From contig NC_045696.1 of NCBI RefSeq assembly GCF_009834535.1, forward strand, positions 69,752,001 through 69,816,000: 64,000 nucleotides of DNA. The letters run 5' to 3'. Origin of the DNA: Camelus ferus. Its lineage: Eukaryota. Below, piece by piece: positions 50,126 to 64,000 of the stretch; position 1 is the stretch's first letter; every line of letters begins with the position of its first letter. The notes beneath the pieces were generated by a model. That model was not told where the DNA came from. It saw only the letters and a list, made by a program, of their open reading frames with translations, and searched no databases. A program made the position numbers and the translations under genes.

Positions 50126-52759
50126 AATGTTCTATTCCTTTTTTACAAACATAAACTCACCAACATCATGCACATTGAGTATTGAGGGCTCGTTTGTGCA
50201 CTATGCTATCTATGGTCACTGCTCACTAACTGAGCACCTACTTTGGGTCTGTCCCTAGGTTTTGGGGGATAAATATAAGTGGCTTATTATCTTCTTATGG
50301 ACACAAAATGTAAATGTACAAAATGCACAAGAAAATAATGCAAGACATGATTAAAAAGGACGTTAGTTAAGAATATCTCATGGGTAAGGTAGGGTTTATC
50401 CCAGGCCTTGGAGGAAGATTGGATTTACACAGAGCAAAAGCAGCTTTAAATTTTCATTGTTTTTCCATTATGGAACTCATACTGTAAACATTTTTCTTAC
50501 CCTATCAAATACTTAATAAGATATATTAAGTAACTTGTTTTTCAATTTTTAAATCAGAGATACATAACTGCCAATCAGGTATTTTTTTAATATAGCAGGA
50601 TGATTCCAATTAAGTTGATACTGTTACAGGCAAAAAACAAGATGATACAACTTTTTTAGTTGGTCATTGTAGCCTCATTTAAGGCAAAGTTATGGTTTCT
50701 AAAACATTGAACATAATTTCTAAAACATTTCCTATAATTGTACTTGTATATATTTGTTATGGCAAAAAAAAATACAAACTAATAAAGATCACTACATCTT
50801 ATTACCCCTGTTTACAGATGAGGAAACTGAGATTCAAGGACATATCTAGGACTTAGAAAAGTAAATATCTGAACGGAGATCTACCTGATACCATAACGTT
50901 TGTTCTTTAAAATGAGCTAGAAATAAGCAGGGCTTTAGCAGGGAGAGGCTTACCTGAGGGAGAGCCTGTCTTGTGCATGATTAGTCATCTGTACAAACCA
51001 CTATATCCAGGAGGGTGGGCAAACTGGAATTGCAGGTCCATCAAATACAAGAGACCTATAGGATGTAGAAGCAGGAATCTTAGCAATGAGGATTGATGCT
51101 TAGAGTAGGGGCTAGCAGCACCATGGTTATGGGAAGTTTACAGGGTTGGAACCAAACTTGAGACAGTAGTTAGAGGTGTGCAGAACAGGGTCAGACCTCT
51201 AGGCAGGTGCTAGTAAGAACAACGCACAGGTCAATGGCTCAGTCATGCCCAACGGACTCCAGCCCAAGGCTTTTGTCCCAATAGGAGCACACATAACTAC
51301 ACCAATGCCCAAGACACAATTTAAGATATGTCCCAGAAGATAAACTGGCACAAACTTTTTTGATAAGCAATCAATATCAAGACATTTAAAATGCTCACAC
51401 CCTTTATGTGATCATTTCAGTCTTGGGAATTAATCCCCAGAACAAACTGATTTGCCTTTTCCAAGTCAGAGGTTTTCATTACAGAATCATTTATAATAGC
51501 AAAAGTTGGAAACAATGGAAATACTCAATAACAGAGAAATGAGTTAAGCAAATCCTAGCACATTCATGATGGGTGATTATGCAGCCATTCAAAAGGAATT
51601 TTTTTGAAGAATGTTGGAAATGTTTATAATATAATGTTAAGTGAAAAATGCAGGATATAAAGTCATAAATAGAGTATGCCCAAGGTTTCTGCAACCGACT
51701 GTAGTTTTACCAACATTTTACTGTCCTGACTACCTATAACCAACTTCCAAGAGGAAAGACATCTATCTAACATTCGTTACAGTGTTTTAGGAATTGAAAC
51801 AAACAAACAAAATCAATTTACTTCCATCTGGATCTTTGCCCATGGAAGCCCAAATAAGTTTCCCTGAGAGAAAATGATACTCTCCACACTGATGTTTATC
51901 CTGAATAAAAGGGTCCCAGCCTGGGCACCTCACTCATGTGCTTCTTCTCAGATTTAGCTGAAGTCAACTTACCCCTAAGAGAACTTGATACCAAGGCAGC
52001 CACACAGGTGTAGAAAGAATATCAGGGAGCCCAGTATTGCATCTGGTCTGGAGGGTAGATATTGTTGCCTACAGTAGATGGGATAAACCTGGAGGTTTCA
52101 GCTTGGCAGCCTAAGTGGACCCTCTTTTTTAACAAGTTTGCTTCCACACCCTCCAGATATCAGTCAGCTAATATCATTAGTACTGCCATTCTCAGAGAGG
52201 ATCTATGTATATTAAGAGTGATGGGAAGCAAAAGATATCCTATCTCAAGAATCCTCCTGCTCAGGAACTTTATAGCCATCCTTCTTCTACGGTGGCCTTT
52301 TAGGACAACCAAGGAAGTGCAGCCAACAGACATCTAGATGGAAGTGCACTTGCTAAAATCCAGAGCTGCTTGGTGCCTGCTCCTAAGGTGCCAAACGCAG
52401 TGGTAGCCTGTTCCACAGGAACAGCTGGTTATGGTCTTCTCAGGTAAGGTCACCCTTATGTTGGATTCTGCAATGGCACTACTCAAGTAGATGCTTTAGA
52501 CCATCCAAACCCTGATTGTGGACATAGGGGCATCTGTTGTACATATTCAACACAACACCCTCTAAAAAACAATAATTACAGCACTTGCCAGAACCTGAAA
52601 GTTCACTCACTCTACCTACTCCAATCCCACACATCTTCCTAATACAAAATCATGATGGACTTCATCAGTTCCATCTTCCTCCCATTGCCATAGCCCAACT
52701 TAGTATAGGATAGTAGTTTCAATAGTATTTTCTGCCTAGAATGTTTTACTGATAAAGAT

Positions 52760-53590
52760 TCCTTTAAAAATTTTTAAATTGGGATATAAAAGACTGCATA
52801 CAGTAGTGTACATAATGTATCATCAGAGTGTACACTTCAATGAATTTGTGCCCATGTATACACTCATGTGACTCCTACTCAGATCAGTGTAGAACATTTA
52901 CATAACTCCAGAAGGCTCCCCCATGCTTTCCAGTCAACCCAGAAGTTACCACTACTCTGACTCTCATCATCAGTTTTCTGTTTTTGTACTCTTGATCTGA
53001 CTTCTTTCACTCAATTTATTGGTGAGATTCAGCTATATAGCTTCATGTACAGTACTTCATTCTTTTTCTTTGCTGTGTAGCATTCCATTTTATGTATACA
53101 TTATAATCTATTTGCCCATTCACCTTTTGATGACAATGTGGGCTGTTACCAGTTTGAAGCTATCATGAATGAGAATGCTATGAACATTCTTGAAAATAAA
53201 TATATCTTTTGGTGGATCTTTGCACTTATTTCACTTAAGTTTATAACAAGGAGTAGAATTATAAGATATTATAAGTAGATTATAAGATATTCATATATTT
53301 AGCTTAATAGATCTTGCAAAGGGTTTCAAAAAGTAGTTGAATCAATGTAAATTCCCACTAGCAATGTATAAGAGTTCCCATTGTCTGTATTTTCACCAAC
53401 ATTTGGTATTATGATAGGTGTATGGTGGTAGACAATTATGGTTTTAATCTGTATTTCCCTAATGCTGACTGGCCATTTGGATATCTTCTTTTGAGAGTGT
53501 CTGTTTCATTCATTTTTAAGCAGTGCTGTATTAAGGTTTTCTGATTGATTTTTTGGAGTTCTTTGACTATTCAGACTATGAATCTATGCT
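52760..53590 (-). mobile_element. Old L1 (L1ME-like) 3' region
   Basis: T-rich antisense L1 motifs (gggctgttaccagtttgaagctatcatgaat; attcccactagcaatgtataagagttcc). Confidence 0.75.
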
Positions 53591-53597
53591 AGATTGT

Positions 53598-54060
53598 GCT
53601 GTTGTCAACTTGTAAACTAGAAACTATGATCCTTAGAATCCTCTTCCTTGTATGTTTCCCGGTTAGAAATGACTCAAAGAGGAAACTGCACAGCATTTGC
53701 AAGATGGAGGTGAATCAACAGCCACTTACCACTGATGAGACATAGGAATTAGAGACAGTGAAGGACATATTCAGGGGTCCTGGAAGGTGCCTGTTTGTCC
53801 TCACTCTTCTTTGCTCCCTGAACAACTCATCTTTCCAAATGCTTCCCTGCTGACCAACAGTGGCCCTAGACCCACCAGTGGATACTTAGCCTGCAGACCC
53901 ACAGATGTAGTAGCAACAACAGCTATTCACAGAACTCTCCCCTCCATGGTCCCACTTCCATGGCTGGTCATGCTTGGCTTCTTGGATTTCCTGACAAGCT
54001 CCAGCTTGTCTACTTGAGCTACTGTTTCAGAAAGACCTATCAGTTTCTCTGATATTCCAA
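53598..54060. mobile_element. ERVL LTR16/LTR33-like remnant
   Basis: agaatcctcttccttgtatgtttcccggttaga resembles recalled ERVL LTR consensus. Confidence 0.45.
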
Positions 54061-54709
54061 CAAAGTGAGACTTCTCCCTACAAAGGAATTCTTGTTTTGC
54101 CTACAAAGAAGATAAATTTATCTCAGCATTAATATACAATAAAAATACAGCATTATATTTTCCCTAAAATTGCATATATTTCTTAAAGAAAAAATTTAAA
54201 TTTAGAGAAGCAAAGGAAGAAAATAGAGAGTCATTCTTAATCCCACCACTCAGAGTCACCCATATTCTTCTGGTGGCTTTACTGCACATTTTTCCATGCA
54301 TTTACATATACTGTGTATATTTTTTCTTTTTTGAAAAAATAAACATGGGATCTACATATTTTATAAACTCAAAGATATATTGAGAATTGATATTGCTAAT
54401 TCTTTGTCCACATACATTCTCTTAGAATAAATTTTTTGACTTGGTATTCCAGAACCAAAAGATAAGTACATCATTAAGGCTTTTATTACATATAACTCAT
54501 CTGACCTCCAAAAAAAGACTATCAATACACATGTCCATCAGTGTCTGCTTCCCTTCATCCTCACCAAGGACTTTTAAAATCTTTGCCAATTTGTTAAGGG
54601 ACGAATGGTAAATTGCATTTTTTTCCTTACTAGTGCTGTTAAACATTTTTCATCTATACTTGTCAGCCATAGGACCAGCAAGTTTTGATGGGAAGAGAAT
54701 GAGGCAATA

Positions 54710-54915
54710 TCCCAGCTCTCAAAGGAGGACAGGTTTGAATGGAGGCCATGGCTACTTGACCTCAGGCATGCATTTGAACTCTCTGAGTCTCAGTTTACTT
54801 ATCTGAAAAATAGGCATGATAATAACAGTTAAAACACATAAGAGCTGAGATTAAATGAGATCATGTATGTAAAGCATCTGGCCTAATGCCTGGCAGATGG
54901 TAAGTCCTCAAGAAA
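54710..54915 (+). mobile_element. MIR SINE
   Basis: tgaactctctgagtctcagtttacttatctgaaaaataggcatgataata and gagattaaatgagatcatgtatgtaaagca. Confidence 0.8.
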
Positions 54916-55234
54916 TGGATTACCACATAGCCATATAGTGGTTGAGTCAGGATTCAAACTGAGAACTGTTACAGTTCAAAGTATGGAGTATGGGAAGTGG
55001 GGCAGCACTGAGCATGCAAGTAGACTAGGGGCTGAGTTGTTGGGAGCTATGAAGATAGGTAAGATGGAGATGAGGAACTAGAGTAACTAAGGAGCTCTGG
55101 GTCCTTTATGGGAAAAGGAAAACCTAAAATAGGCTACAGGCTATTGGCCAAGGTCAGAAGTTGGGCAAGATAAGATCTGTTGCCAAAGCCAGGAAAATGG
55201 AGTAATAGAGGCAGGCAGGACTGGAGGATAAGGA

Positions 55235-58200
55235 CAATTTAACACTCAGAAATTCTACTCTTAGGTGTATAGCCAAAATAAATAAAAATACATGTCTTCA
55301 TACAATCTTACACATTGAAGTTCATAACAGCATTATTCATAATAGCCCCCAAAATAAAAACAATCCAAATGTCAGTCAACTGAGGAATGAATAAATAAAA
55401 TATGGCATATCCATATGATGGAATATTATTCAACAATAAGAAGGAATTAAAAACTGACACATGCTATAAAACACCTGGATAAGACTTGAAAACTATTCTA
55501 AGTGAAAGAAGTCAGACAAAAAGCACCACATATATGGTTCCAAATACCCCAAGCAGACAAATCCATAAAAACAGTAAGTAGATTAGTGGTTGCCTAGGAA
55601 TGGAGGAGAATAGAAAAATTAAGAGTTATGGATAAAAGGTGTGGGGCTTCCTTCTGGGTTAACTGAAATATTACAAAATTGATTGCGATTGGCTAAGTCT
55701 CTTGTTGCAAACAACCAAAAGTCAACTCCAGATAGCTTAAGCAAGTGTATGGGGAGTTTTTACCCTATAGGGACATCTCACATAACCCAGGAACATTTAG
55801 AAATAAGCCACAGTATTGATCACTTATGGAGGTCTTATTCTGAATCTTAAGTTATTCTCAAAGAGGCTATTTTTAATCTTTTGAATTAGCTTTGGACCTT
55901 GGAAATGACCAAAGCCTCTCAGTGTCAGTCTGAAATAGGTGAATGAATGGTTGTAGGAGTTAACTTTCTGTTCAAAACAAGATGAAGGAATGACACTGGA
56001 ATTGATTTCTAGAGAGGAATGAAAAAGAGAATCCACTCATCCATGATTCCTGGGAGTGAAAGTGTTGTCCTAACTTGGGCCTAGCCCACTTACAGTGGAA
56101 CAGGAAAGACTGGGAAAGACAGGGCACACTTAATTGCCTAAAAGATTTTTTTCTTTCTTTTGGTTATATATATTCAAAGCAGTCCAGCACAATATTCCCC
56201 ACTTTGTTAAAAGGCAAACTGATCTTTTCGTAACACCAGTTCTTCTCAAACTTTTCAAAAAATTGAAAGGGGGGAACACTTCCAAACTCATTATATGAGA
56301 CCAGCATTACCCTGATACCAAAGCCAGAGAAAGACTCTACACAAAAAGAACTACAGGTCAGTATCCCTTATGAGCATTGATGCAAAAATCCTCAAAGTAC
56401 TAGCAAACTGAATCCAGCAGCATCTTAAAAAAACTATACACAACCAAGAGGGATTCATTCTCAGAATGCAAGGATAGTTCAACATCTATTTATCAATGTA
56501 CTATATCACATTAAGAGAATGGAGGGGAAAACCCACATGACCATCTCCATTGATGGAGAAAAAGCATTTGACAAAATTCAACAAAATGAACACTCAATGT
56601 TAAAAACACTCAATGACCCAGTCATGCATCTACATACATATACTTGTTTTCATATTTTTTTCCAAAAAATAAAAATAAAAAAATTAAGAGATCATAACCA
56701 CCAAAACAAAACTCAATGAACTATGACTAGAAGGAAATTAACATATTAAAAGCCATATATGGAACACATAAAGCAAATGTCATACTCAGTGGTGAAAATC
56801 TGAAAACAAATTATTGTTGCTGTTTTACACCACTTAGTTTTGAGTGATTTGCTATGCAGTAATAGATAACCAAAATAGAGTGAATAAACTGCTGATTCAC
56901 TTGAGGCTTATTACAGCATATGGCATGAGGTAGAAATTCAAGCTAACTCTTTCCCACAGTGACTCCAGTGTCTCAATACTTGTAAATTTCTTCAGATAGA
57001 AGATGATGTCTTATACTTTGTTTCATATTGAATAGAATTATTAATATGTAAACTAAAAATGTTTGTTGAATTGAATCTATATATTCACTTTAAAAATATG
57101 TCATCTTCACTATATTGATCCTTCTTAACCAAGATTTCTCTCTTCTTTATTCATGCCTACCATCACTTATCCCATTAGACCTTTGCTGTTTTTCTTTGAA
57201 TAAATCACTTTGTTTCCCAGTCCAGTCGGTAAAAATTTTATTACTATTGTAAACAGAAAATGTTTACACAGCATTTCTAGTATATGAAAATAGACCAGAG
57301 AAATATAATAAATTTTTATCTTATACTGTGAAATTTTGCTTTAGTTTAAAATTAAATATCTCTGGTAACTTAGATTGACTTCCATAGTATCAAAAGATAT
57401 CACTAAGAAAAATATTTTAAAAAGCAAGCTGTGGAATGGGAAAAATATTTGCAAATTATATATCTACTCAATGACTTGTATCCAGTACATATAAAGAGCT
57501 CTTACAATTCAATATAAAAAGACACTCAATTTGAAAAATGGGCAAAAGACTTGAATAAACATTAAAAAAAAAAACAAGTAGATGGCTAATAGACAGATGA
57601 AAATTTTTATGTTCAACATCAGTAGTCATTAGGGAAATGCAAATTAAAACCACAATGGGATATCACTTCACATCCACTAGTACTGCTATAGTTATGAAGA
57701 CAGACAGTAACAAGTGTTAGTGAGGGAGTGGAAGAACTGGAACCCTCACACATTGCTGTGAGGAATGTAAAATGGTTACAGCCACTTTGGAAAACAGTCG
57801 AACAATTTCTTAAAAAGATAAATTTGCCATAAAACTCAGCCATTCCACTCCTATGAATCTACCCAATAGAAATGAAAACATATCCACACACACACAAAAG
57901 TATGCAAATGATCATAGCATTCTTTATAATAGCCAAAATCTGGAAACCACCTAAATGTTCATCACCTGATGAATGGATAAGCAAAATAACATATATCCAT
58001 ACAATCAAATACTATTTGGCAATAAAAAGGAATGTAATTCTAATATATGCTTCAATGTGGATGAACCTCAAAGACATTATGCTAAGCCAGACACAAACAC
58101 GATGTATGATTCCATTTACATGAAATGTCCAGAAGAGGCAAATTTATAGAAACAGATGGAAAACTAGTGGTAGCCTGGGGCTGGAGGTGGGAGGAGAGAT

Positions 58201-58330
58201 TAATTGCAAATTGGTATGGAAATATTCTAAAACTAGAGTGTGGTGATAGCTATGTAACTATAAATTTATTAAAAGTCATTGAATTATACCCTTACAATGG
58301 CTGAATTCTATGACTGAAAATTATACTTCA
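55235..58330 (+). mobile_element. Several sense L1 fragments (3' end ~55235-55690; ORF2 ~56235-56800; L1MB-like 3' end ~57370-58330)
   Basis: RT-region peptide [18 protein letters not shown]2 C-terminal peptide IIAKIWKPPKCSSPDEWISK; ends ttatacttcaataaagct. Confidence 0.8.
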
Positions 58331-58859
58331 ATAAAGCTATTTTTTTTAAAACCCAGATATCTAATTATGTTAGGGTTTTAATCAAGAAAGGATGCTGAAT
58401 TGTAATCAGTGCTAGCTAGTGTGGCAGAAATCTTCATTTAGTCAGAGGATATGGCTTTTTAGAGAGGGAAGCAATTGTCCCCAGAGTAATGTACTCAGGA
58501 AATTCTAAGCCACCTTGTTAAAAAGGAATGTTCAACTATATATCTTATTGATGCCAACTGTTTCTCTGGAAGCAATTCTGGCTGTTAACTCTATTCACCC
58601 ATTCAGCAAAAGTCATAGAATGCTTACTTATTTGCCAAGTATTGTTTGTCAAGCTGGAGAGGGATCATAAAAAATGAAAAGGCATGGCTTGGCCTTCAAC
58701 CTGCCAGCAATTCAAAACTTGTGGCTCCATTAGGAGTTTGGCCCTTCTTCCTTTTCTTGCTACTATCCTCTCTCCTTGACTTCAAAGACAAGAGCCTCAC
58801 TGTTTCCACTTCCTCATCTCTATAATTCATTATATTTTTCTTTGGTTTTTAAATTTTTT

Positions 58860-59920
58860 TTTAATTTGTCATTTTTTTTTATTTTAGCAAAATTTCAAGC
58901 ACAGAAAAATATAATAAACATTCATGTGCCTGATTATCTCTTAATTTTTCAGATTTTTAGGTTTTAATCATAGGTCTTCAAACAAAATAAAATATTAAGA
59001 TACAGTTGAATCAAGCCCCTTGTATTCACTCATTTCAAAGAGGTAACTGTTACCTGAAATTGGTATCCATCATTCCCACCCATATTTACATACTATTATT
59101 TTATATGTATATGTATTAATAAACAATGCATGCAATTTACAAACTTTATATAACTAACGTGATACTTTATACTTGTCCAACATTTTATGTTCCTCAACAC
59201 ATTTTCCAAGGTTGACACATTCTATTTTAACTTCCATTTAGTGTCCCGTTACATTAATAAAGCACAATTTATTTATCTGTCTTCCTATTGTTGGACATTT
59301 AGGTTGTACCCATTTTTTTTCTATTGCAAACAGTGTTGCAATAAACATTCTTGTACATGTTTCCGTATGCAAATACACAAGGTTTTCATGGGCTCTATAC
59401 CTAGAAGGGGAATTGCGGGGCCATGGGTGTGTACTCTTTCTCAGCTTTGGTGGATGTTTCCAGATTTCTTGGAACAACTGTACAATTTATACTCTTACTA
59501 GCAGTACCTTAGAATTCTCATTTGTTCACATCTATGCCAACATACGGTTTTATCAGATTAAATTTTGTCTACATGAAAGATATAAAATGGCATCTCACTA
59601 TGGCCTTCATTTCTCTCTTCCTGATTACCAGAGAAGTGAGCATTTTTTCCACAAGTTTGTTGGCACTTTAAATTTCCTCCTCTGTAAGTTATCTGTTATT
59701 CTTTGATAATTTTTCTATTGGATTGTTTGCTTTCTTACTCATATGTTGTGGCTCTTTAATCTTTGTCTATTATACGCATTTATCTTTTTTCAGTCTATCT
59801 TTTCCATTTTTTGGGATGATCTTTGTTAAATAGAATTTTTAAATCCTAAATGTTAAGAAATATAAAAACTTTCCCTTTGTGATTTGTGCTTTTATACCTT
59901 GCTAAGAAATCTTTCCTTAA
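58860..59920 (-). mobile_element. Old antisense L1 3' region
   Basis: Minus-strand peptide ETCTRMFIATLFAIEKKWVQPKCP, typical of the L1 ORF2 C-terminus. Confidence 0.8.
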
Positions 59921-60424
59921 ATTATTTTTAAATTTATTAGGTGTACCAATAGTTTTATGTTTATTAGAAAAGGTCCTTAACAATTAGAAATGAATACTGG
60001 ATTATTCACAAGTGAAATTAAATTCTATATGGGATTTCCTTTAAATTGGTTCATCAAAAAAAAAAAATGGTGGAGGAGTACAGATGAAACAATATTGGCA
60101 AAATGTATTACTAAAGCTGGGTAATAGGTACATGTAGGTTCATTATTCTATCCTCACTTTACTTTATTCTTGGTTTGTAATTTTCCATAACAGTAAATGT
60201 AGAAAGAAAGAGGGAGTGAAAAATTCCCTGCTAACTCCAGGGCATAAAGGTATTCTGAATCATTTGCTTTTTAACGTGCTGCAAACTGTCTCCTGTCCTC
60301 ACTATTCCACTGAAACTGTTCTGAAAAAGGCACCAATGACATCAATGAGCAAAATGAACGAAATCTTTTTAGTATACATCTTATTTGAGTTCTTTGTGGA
60401 ATTTTAGAATCTTGGTAGTTCCTT

Positions 60425-61757
60425 CTTTTTAATTGAAGTATAGTTGATTTACAATGTTGTTGGGGTACCTGTATCTCTTTGAATTAGAGTTTTCTCCAGG
60501 TATATGCCCAGGTGTAGGATTGCTGGATCATATGGTGACTCTATTTTTAGTTTTTTTTAAGGAATTTTCATACTGTTTTCTGTAGTGGCTCCACCAAACT
60601 AAATTACCACCAACAGTGTAGGAGGGTTCCCTTTTCTCCAAACCCTCTCAAAAGCATTTATTGTTTGTGGACTTTTTAATGATAGCCATTCTGACCAGTG
60701 TGAGGTGATACTTCATTGTAGTTTTGATTTGCATTTCTCTGATAATCAGTGATATTGAACATCTTTTCATGTACCTCTTGGCCATCTGTATGTCTTTATG
60801 GAGAAAAGTCTTCTGCCCATTTTTTATTGGTTTGTTTGTTTGTTTGTTTGTTATTGAGTTGTATGAACTGTTTGTATATTCTGGAAGTTAAGTTCTTGTT
60901 AGTCGCATCATTTGCAAATATTTCTCCCAGTCCATAGTTTGTCTTTCCATTTTGTTTATAGTTTCTTTTGCTGTGCAAAAGCTCATAAGATTAATTAGGT
61001 CCCATTTGTTTATTTTTGCTTTTATTTCTATTGCCTTGGTAAACTGACCTAGGAAAACATTGCTATGATTTATGTCAGAGAATGTTTTGTCTATGTTTTC
61101 TTCTAGGAGGTTTATGGTGTCCCATCTTATGTTTAAGTCTTTAAGCCATTCTGAGTTTATTTTGTGTATGGTGTGAGGGAGTATTCTAACTTCACTGCTT
61201 TACATACAGCTGTCCAGTTATCCCAACACCCGTTGTCAGAGAGACTGTCTTTTCTCCATTTTATATTCTTGCCTCCTTTGTCAAAGATTAATTGACTATT
61301 TCTGGGCTCTCTATTCTGATTCATTAATTCATATGTCTGTTTTGCTGCCAATACCACCCTGTTTTTGTTTTTGTATTTGGATGGGGGAGGTAACTAAGTA
61401 TGTAAGTATGTATGTATGTATGTATGTATGTATTTATTTGATATGGAATTACTGGAGATCGAACCCAGGACCTTGTGCATGCTAAACATGCACTCCACAA
61501 CTGAGCTATACCCTCCCCCCCGCTCTGTTTTAATTATTGTAGCTTTGTAGTATTGTCTGAAGTCTGGGAGGGTTATGCCTCTAGCTTCATTCTTTTTCTT
61601 CAGTATTGCTTTGGCAATTCTGGGTCTTTATTGATTTCATATAAATTTTAGGATTATTTGTTCTAGTTCTGTGAAAAATGTCCTGGGTAATTTGATAGAG
61701 ATCACATTAAATCTGTAGATTGCTTTGGGTAGTATGGCCATTTAAAAATATTAATTG
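60425..61757 (-). mobile_element. Younger cetartiodactyl-type L1, 5'-truncated, antisense
   Basis: 3' end ttttaattgaagtatagttgatttacaatgttg; ORF2 peptides EIFANDATNKNLTSRIYKQF and QLIFDKGGKNIKWRKDSL. Confidence 0.85.
61383..61521 (-). mobile_element. tRNA-derived SINE nested in the L1, with (TATG)n tail
   Basis: gatcgaacccaggaccttgtgcatgctaaacatgcactccacaactgagctataccctcccc; ctgtttt on both sides. Confidence 0.85.
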
Positions 61758-61759
61758 GA

Positions 61760-63640
61760 AATTCTTTTATTGTTTTAACTTTTTACTATAGAAAATTTAA
61801 AAACTATATAGATGGAGACACAATAGTATGATGAACTCTCAAGTGTTCATTACTATCTTTAACAATAATCAACTCATAGCCATGCTTGTCATCTACTCTT
61901 CCAGCTACTTGCTTCCTTCCCATATTATTTTAAAGAAAATCTCAAATATTTTATTTATAACTATTTAGTAAGCATTATTAAATTTTGAAGACATTAAATA
62001 ATTTTAAAACAGTGCTACATTTTTTAAAGTAAAAAACACAATATCTAGAAATAGAAACAATAATTCCTTAATGCTATCATATATTCAGTGTTCAGTTTTC
62101 AGTCATCTCAAAGGTTATGTTATGTGCTGTATGTACAAGCTTTACAATTTGCTTGAATCATGATCAAAAAAGATCTCTATATTGTGACTTGGTGACATAT
62201 CTCCTAATTCTCTTTTACACTAGGTTTCTCCTCTTTCCCTCTTTTTTTCCTTGAAATTTATTTAAGAAAAGGACATTTGTCCTGAAGAGTTTCCCACAAT
62301 CTGAATATCGCTGATTGTATTCCCATGGGGCCATTTAACATGTTTCTCTACCCATCCTTGGATTTGTTTCCCTGTAAGTTGCTAAGCAGATGTAGAGGCC
62401 TGATCATGTTCAAGTCAATTTCTTTTCCTGGCAGACTGTGATCTCCCATGAGGAGGTACATGATATCTGGTTGTCTCCATTTGTGATGTTAGCAGCTTTT
62501 GAACATCAATAACTAGATCCATTAATTCATTAGGACTTCCAAATGGCGTTACTAAAGGCTAGCATGCCCTTTTCGTTCATTAGCTGGAATACTTTCATAA
62601 AGAAACACTTTTCTCTATTATTTGGTTACTCAGTGGTATAGTTCATAAAGGAAAAGCAGAGTAAATGATAATTCTCTTTATTTAGCAGTTCTCAAAATAA
62701 TGGATTGTTCACTTGAATCTTCCCACAGTGACAAATTAATTTTTTGTATTTTTATGAACTTATGTTGACTAAACATATTGATGTGATACACAAATCACCC
62801 CATTTTTAGCCAGTGGGAGGCTCTTTAAGTTGGCATCTAAGCCCTTTTGACCAGACCTTAGTGGTCTTTGACAACTCTTGTTCTGTTCGATGTGGCAGGC
62901 TGCCCCAAACATGGAATTGGCCTTTTCTCCAAGGAATCCTAGCTACTTTTAGTAGGAATCAGTATTTTAAGATCACAATCTGAGTGCCAGTTGGCTCATT
63001 TTTACTCCTTGGTTATTGTTTTTAGGCCTCTGAAGTGGAAGCAACTAGAAAATTCTTTTTTCTAAGATAAATTCATCATGAGTTTATGATGATACTTCAA
63101 ATTCAGATTCAGGGTTTATACTTAACTCCTGTCTTACATCTGTATTTTCTTTTCCGCATGCTAAGAATCCTGGTTCTCAGCAATACTGGAAATGATACTA
63201 GAATATCACATAGTTCTTCACCCCACAATACACATTCAACAGTCTCAGGATAACAATACCAACAGTACTACCAACAATATGATTGCCATAAACAGTTTAC
63301 AAGTCTTTAAGCAGTTCTTTTTGTCCTAAGGGTATATCTCACTGGGCTAATTAAATCACTATGTTTTAAACTCACTCGAAATAGGTCCCCTTTGTGTGTC
63401 TTCGCCACTAACTTGATTTACAGTAAAGTTCATTTATTTTTCTTTCAATCTTTAAATGTTTTTAAATCTTAAATTATGTACAATATTTACCTAGTTGAAA
63501 AGTCAAATCTATAAACATTACCTTCTATTCCTTTCCTCTCCACTCTCTTCCTCCCTTCTTCTACAGATAACATTTCAAAACATGCTATGGCTTATCCTTC
63601 CATATTTTTTAAAAAATATAAGCAGGTCTTTTACATAAAT
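61760..63640 (-). mobile_element. Ancient L1MC/ME-type 3' UTR remnant
   Basis: Opening ttttactatagaaaattt...aatagtatgatgaac...aacaataatcaactcatagcc resembles old L1 3' ends; extent uncertain. Confidence 0.55.
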
Positions 63641-64000
63641 AGTTTTTACTATGAGATCCATTTTATTTGCTCTCCCTTTATTTCTCTCTCAGTATTTTTT
63701 GGTATTCTGTAAAACCATGCCCACAACCTACCTTGGATCCCCTTATAAAGAAAGAGAACCTCACAAGGAGAAGAATCACATGAAATTCTAGGACCAATCA
63801 GGACTTCCTGACCAGAAGGGATGAACTGGGGGTCAGGGGAGAAAGTGGTCCCACTCAGTTCTCAGCACCTTGTGTGTGGCTGGTGAAAGTGGAAGGGTAG
63901 CTACAGAGACTCTTCTCACAAATGTTCCCTCTTCTACTGCCAGACAATTAACTGGAGGTCCCTCTAGCTGGCCTGCTTTTGTGTTTTGTTTTCCTTTGAA

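Noticed and set aside
51874..51904. Possible box C/D snoRNA (atgata...ctga)
   Set aside because: Box C is imperfect, the span is too short, there is no terminal stem, and it is not in a host intron.
52030..52560. Balanced-composition stretch that might be a pseudogene or retroviral pol remnant
   Set aside because: I could not recognise any protein motif in either strand; it needs a tBLASTx/Dfam search.
53251..53291. Short imperfect duplication of attataagatatt
   Set aside because: Ordinary slippage inside an old L1.
1..64000. CRISPR array, operon, or prokaryotic defence or retron-like system
   Set aside because: No regularly spaced repeat-spacer structure and no dense ORFs; the sequence is intron-containing mammalian DNA.

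Overview
This is mammalian genomic DNA, not prokaryotic. The window holds one complete protein-coding gene on the + strand, TRA2B (transformer-2 beta, SFRS10), an SR-like splicing factor. It has a CpG-island promoter (~10.4-11.6 kb) and nine coding exons (10792-30061) that splice at GT-AG sites into an intact 867-nt ORF (288 aa, RS1-RRM-polyGly-RS2). It also carries the well-known 276-nt AGAA-rich poison exon (16968-17243) and a 3' UTR with two AATAAA signals. The flanks are mostly decayed transposable elements: L1, L2, MIR, MLT/ERV LTRs and hAT MERs. There are six copies of a young tRNA-derived SINE resembling the camelid Vic-1 family, which tentatively suggests a camelid genome. I found no CRISPR array, no true tRNA/rRNA gene and no evidence of a new multi-gene system. 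The main regulatory circuit, poison-exon autoregulation, is already described. The most promising less-described leads are: a candidate alternative terminal exon in the distal 3' UTR (RPLLTKGGPISLKCFEKCV*); a hairpin-masked cryptic exon in intron 1; UGCAUG motifs flanking several exons; and a SINE-derived cryptic acceptor in the last intron. Repeat subfamily names come from recalled consensus sequences and need RepeatMasker/Dfam confirmation.
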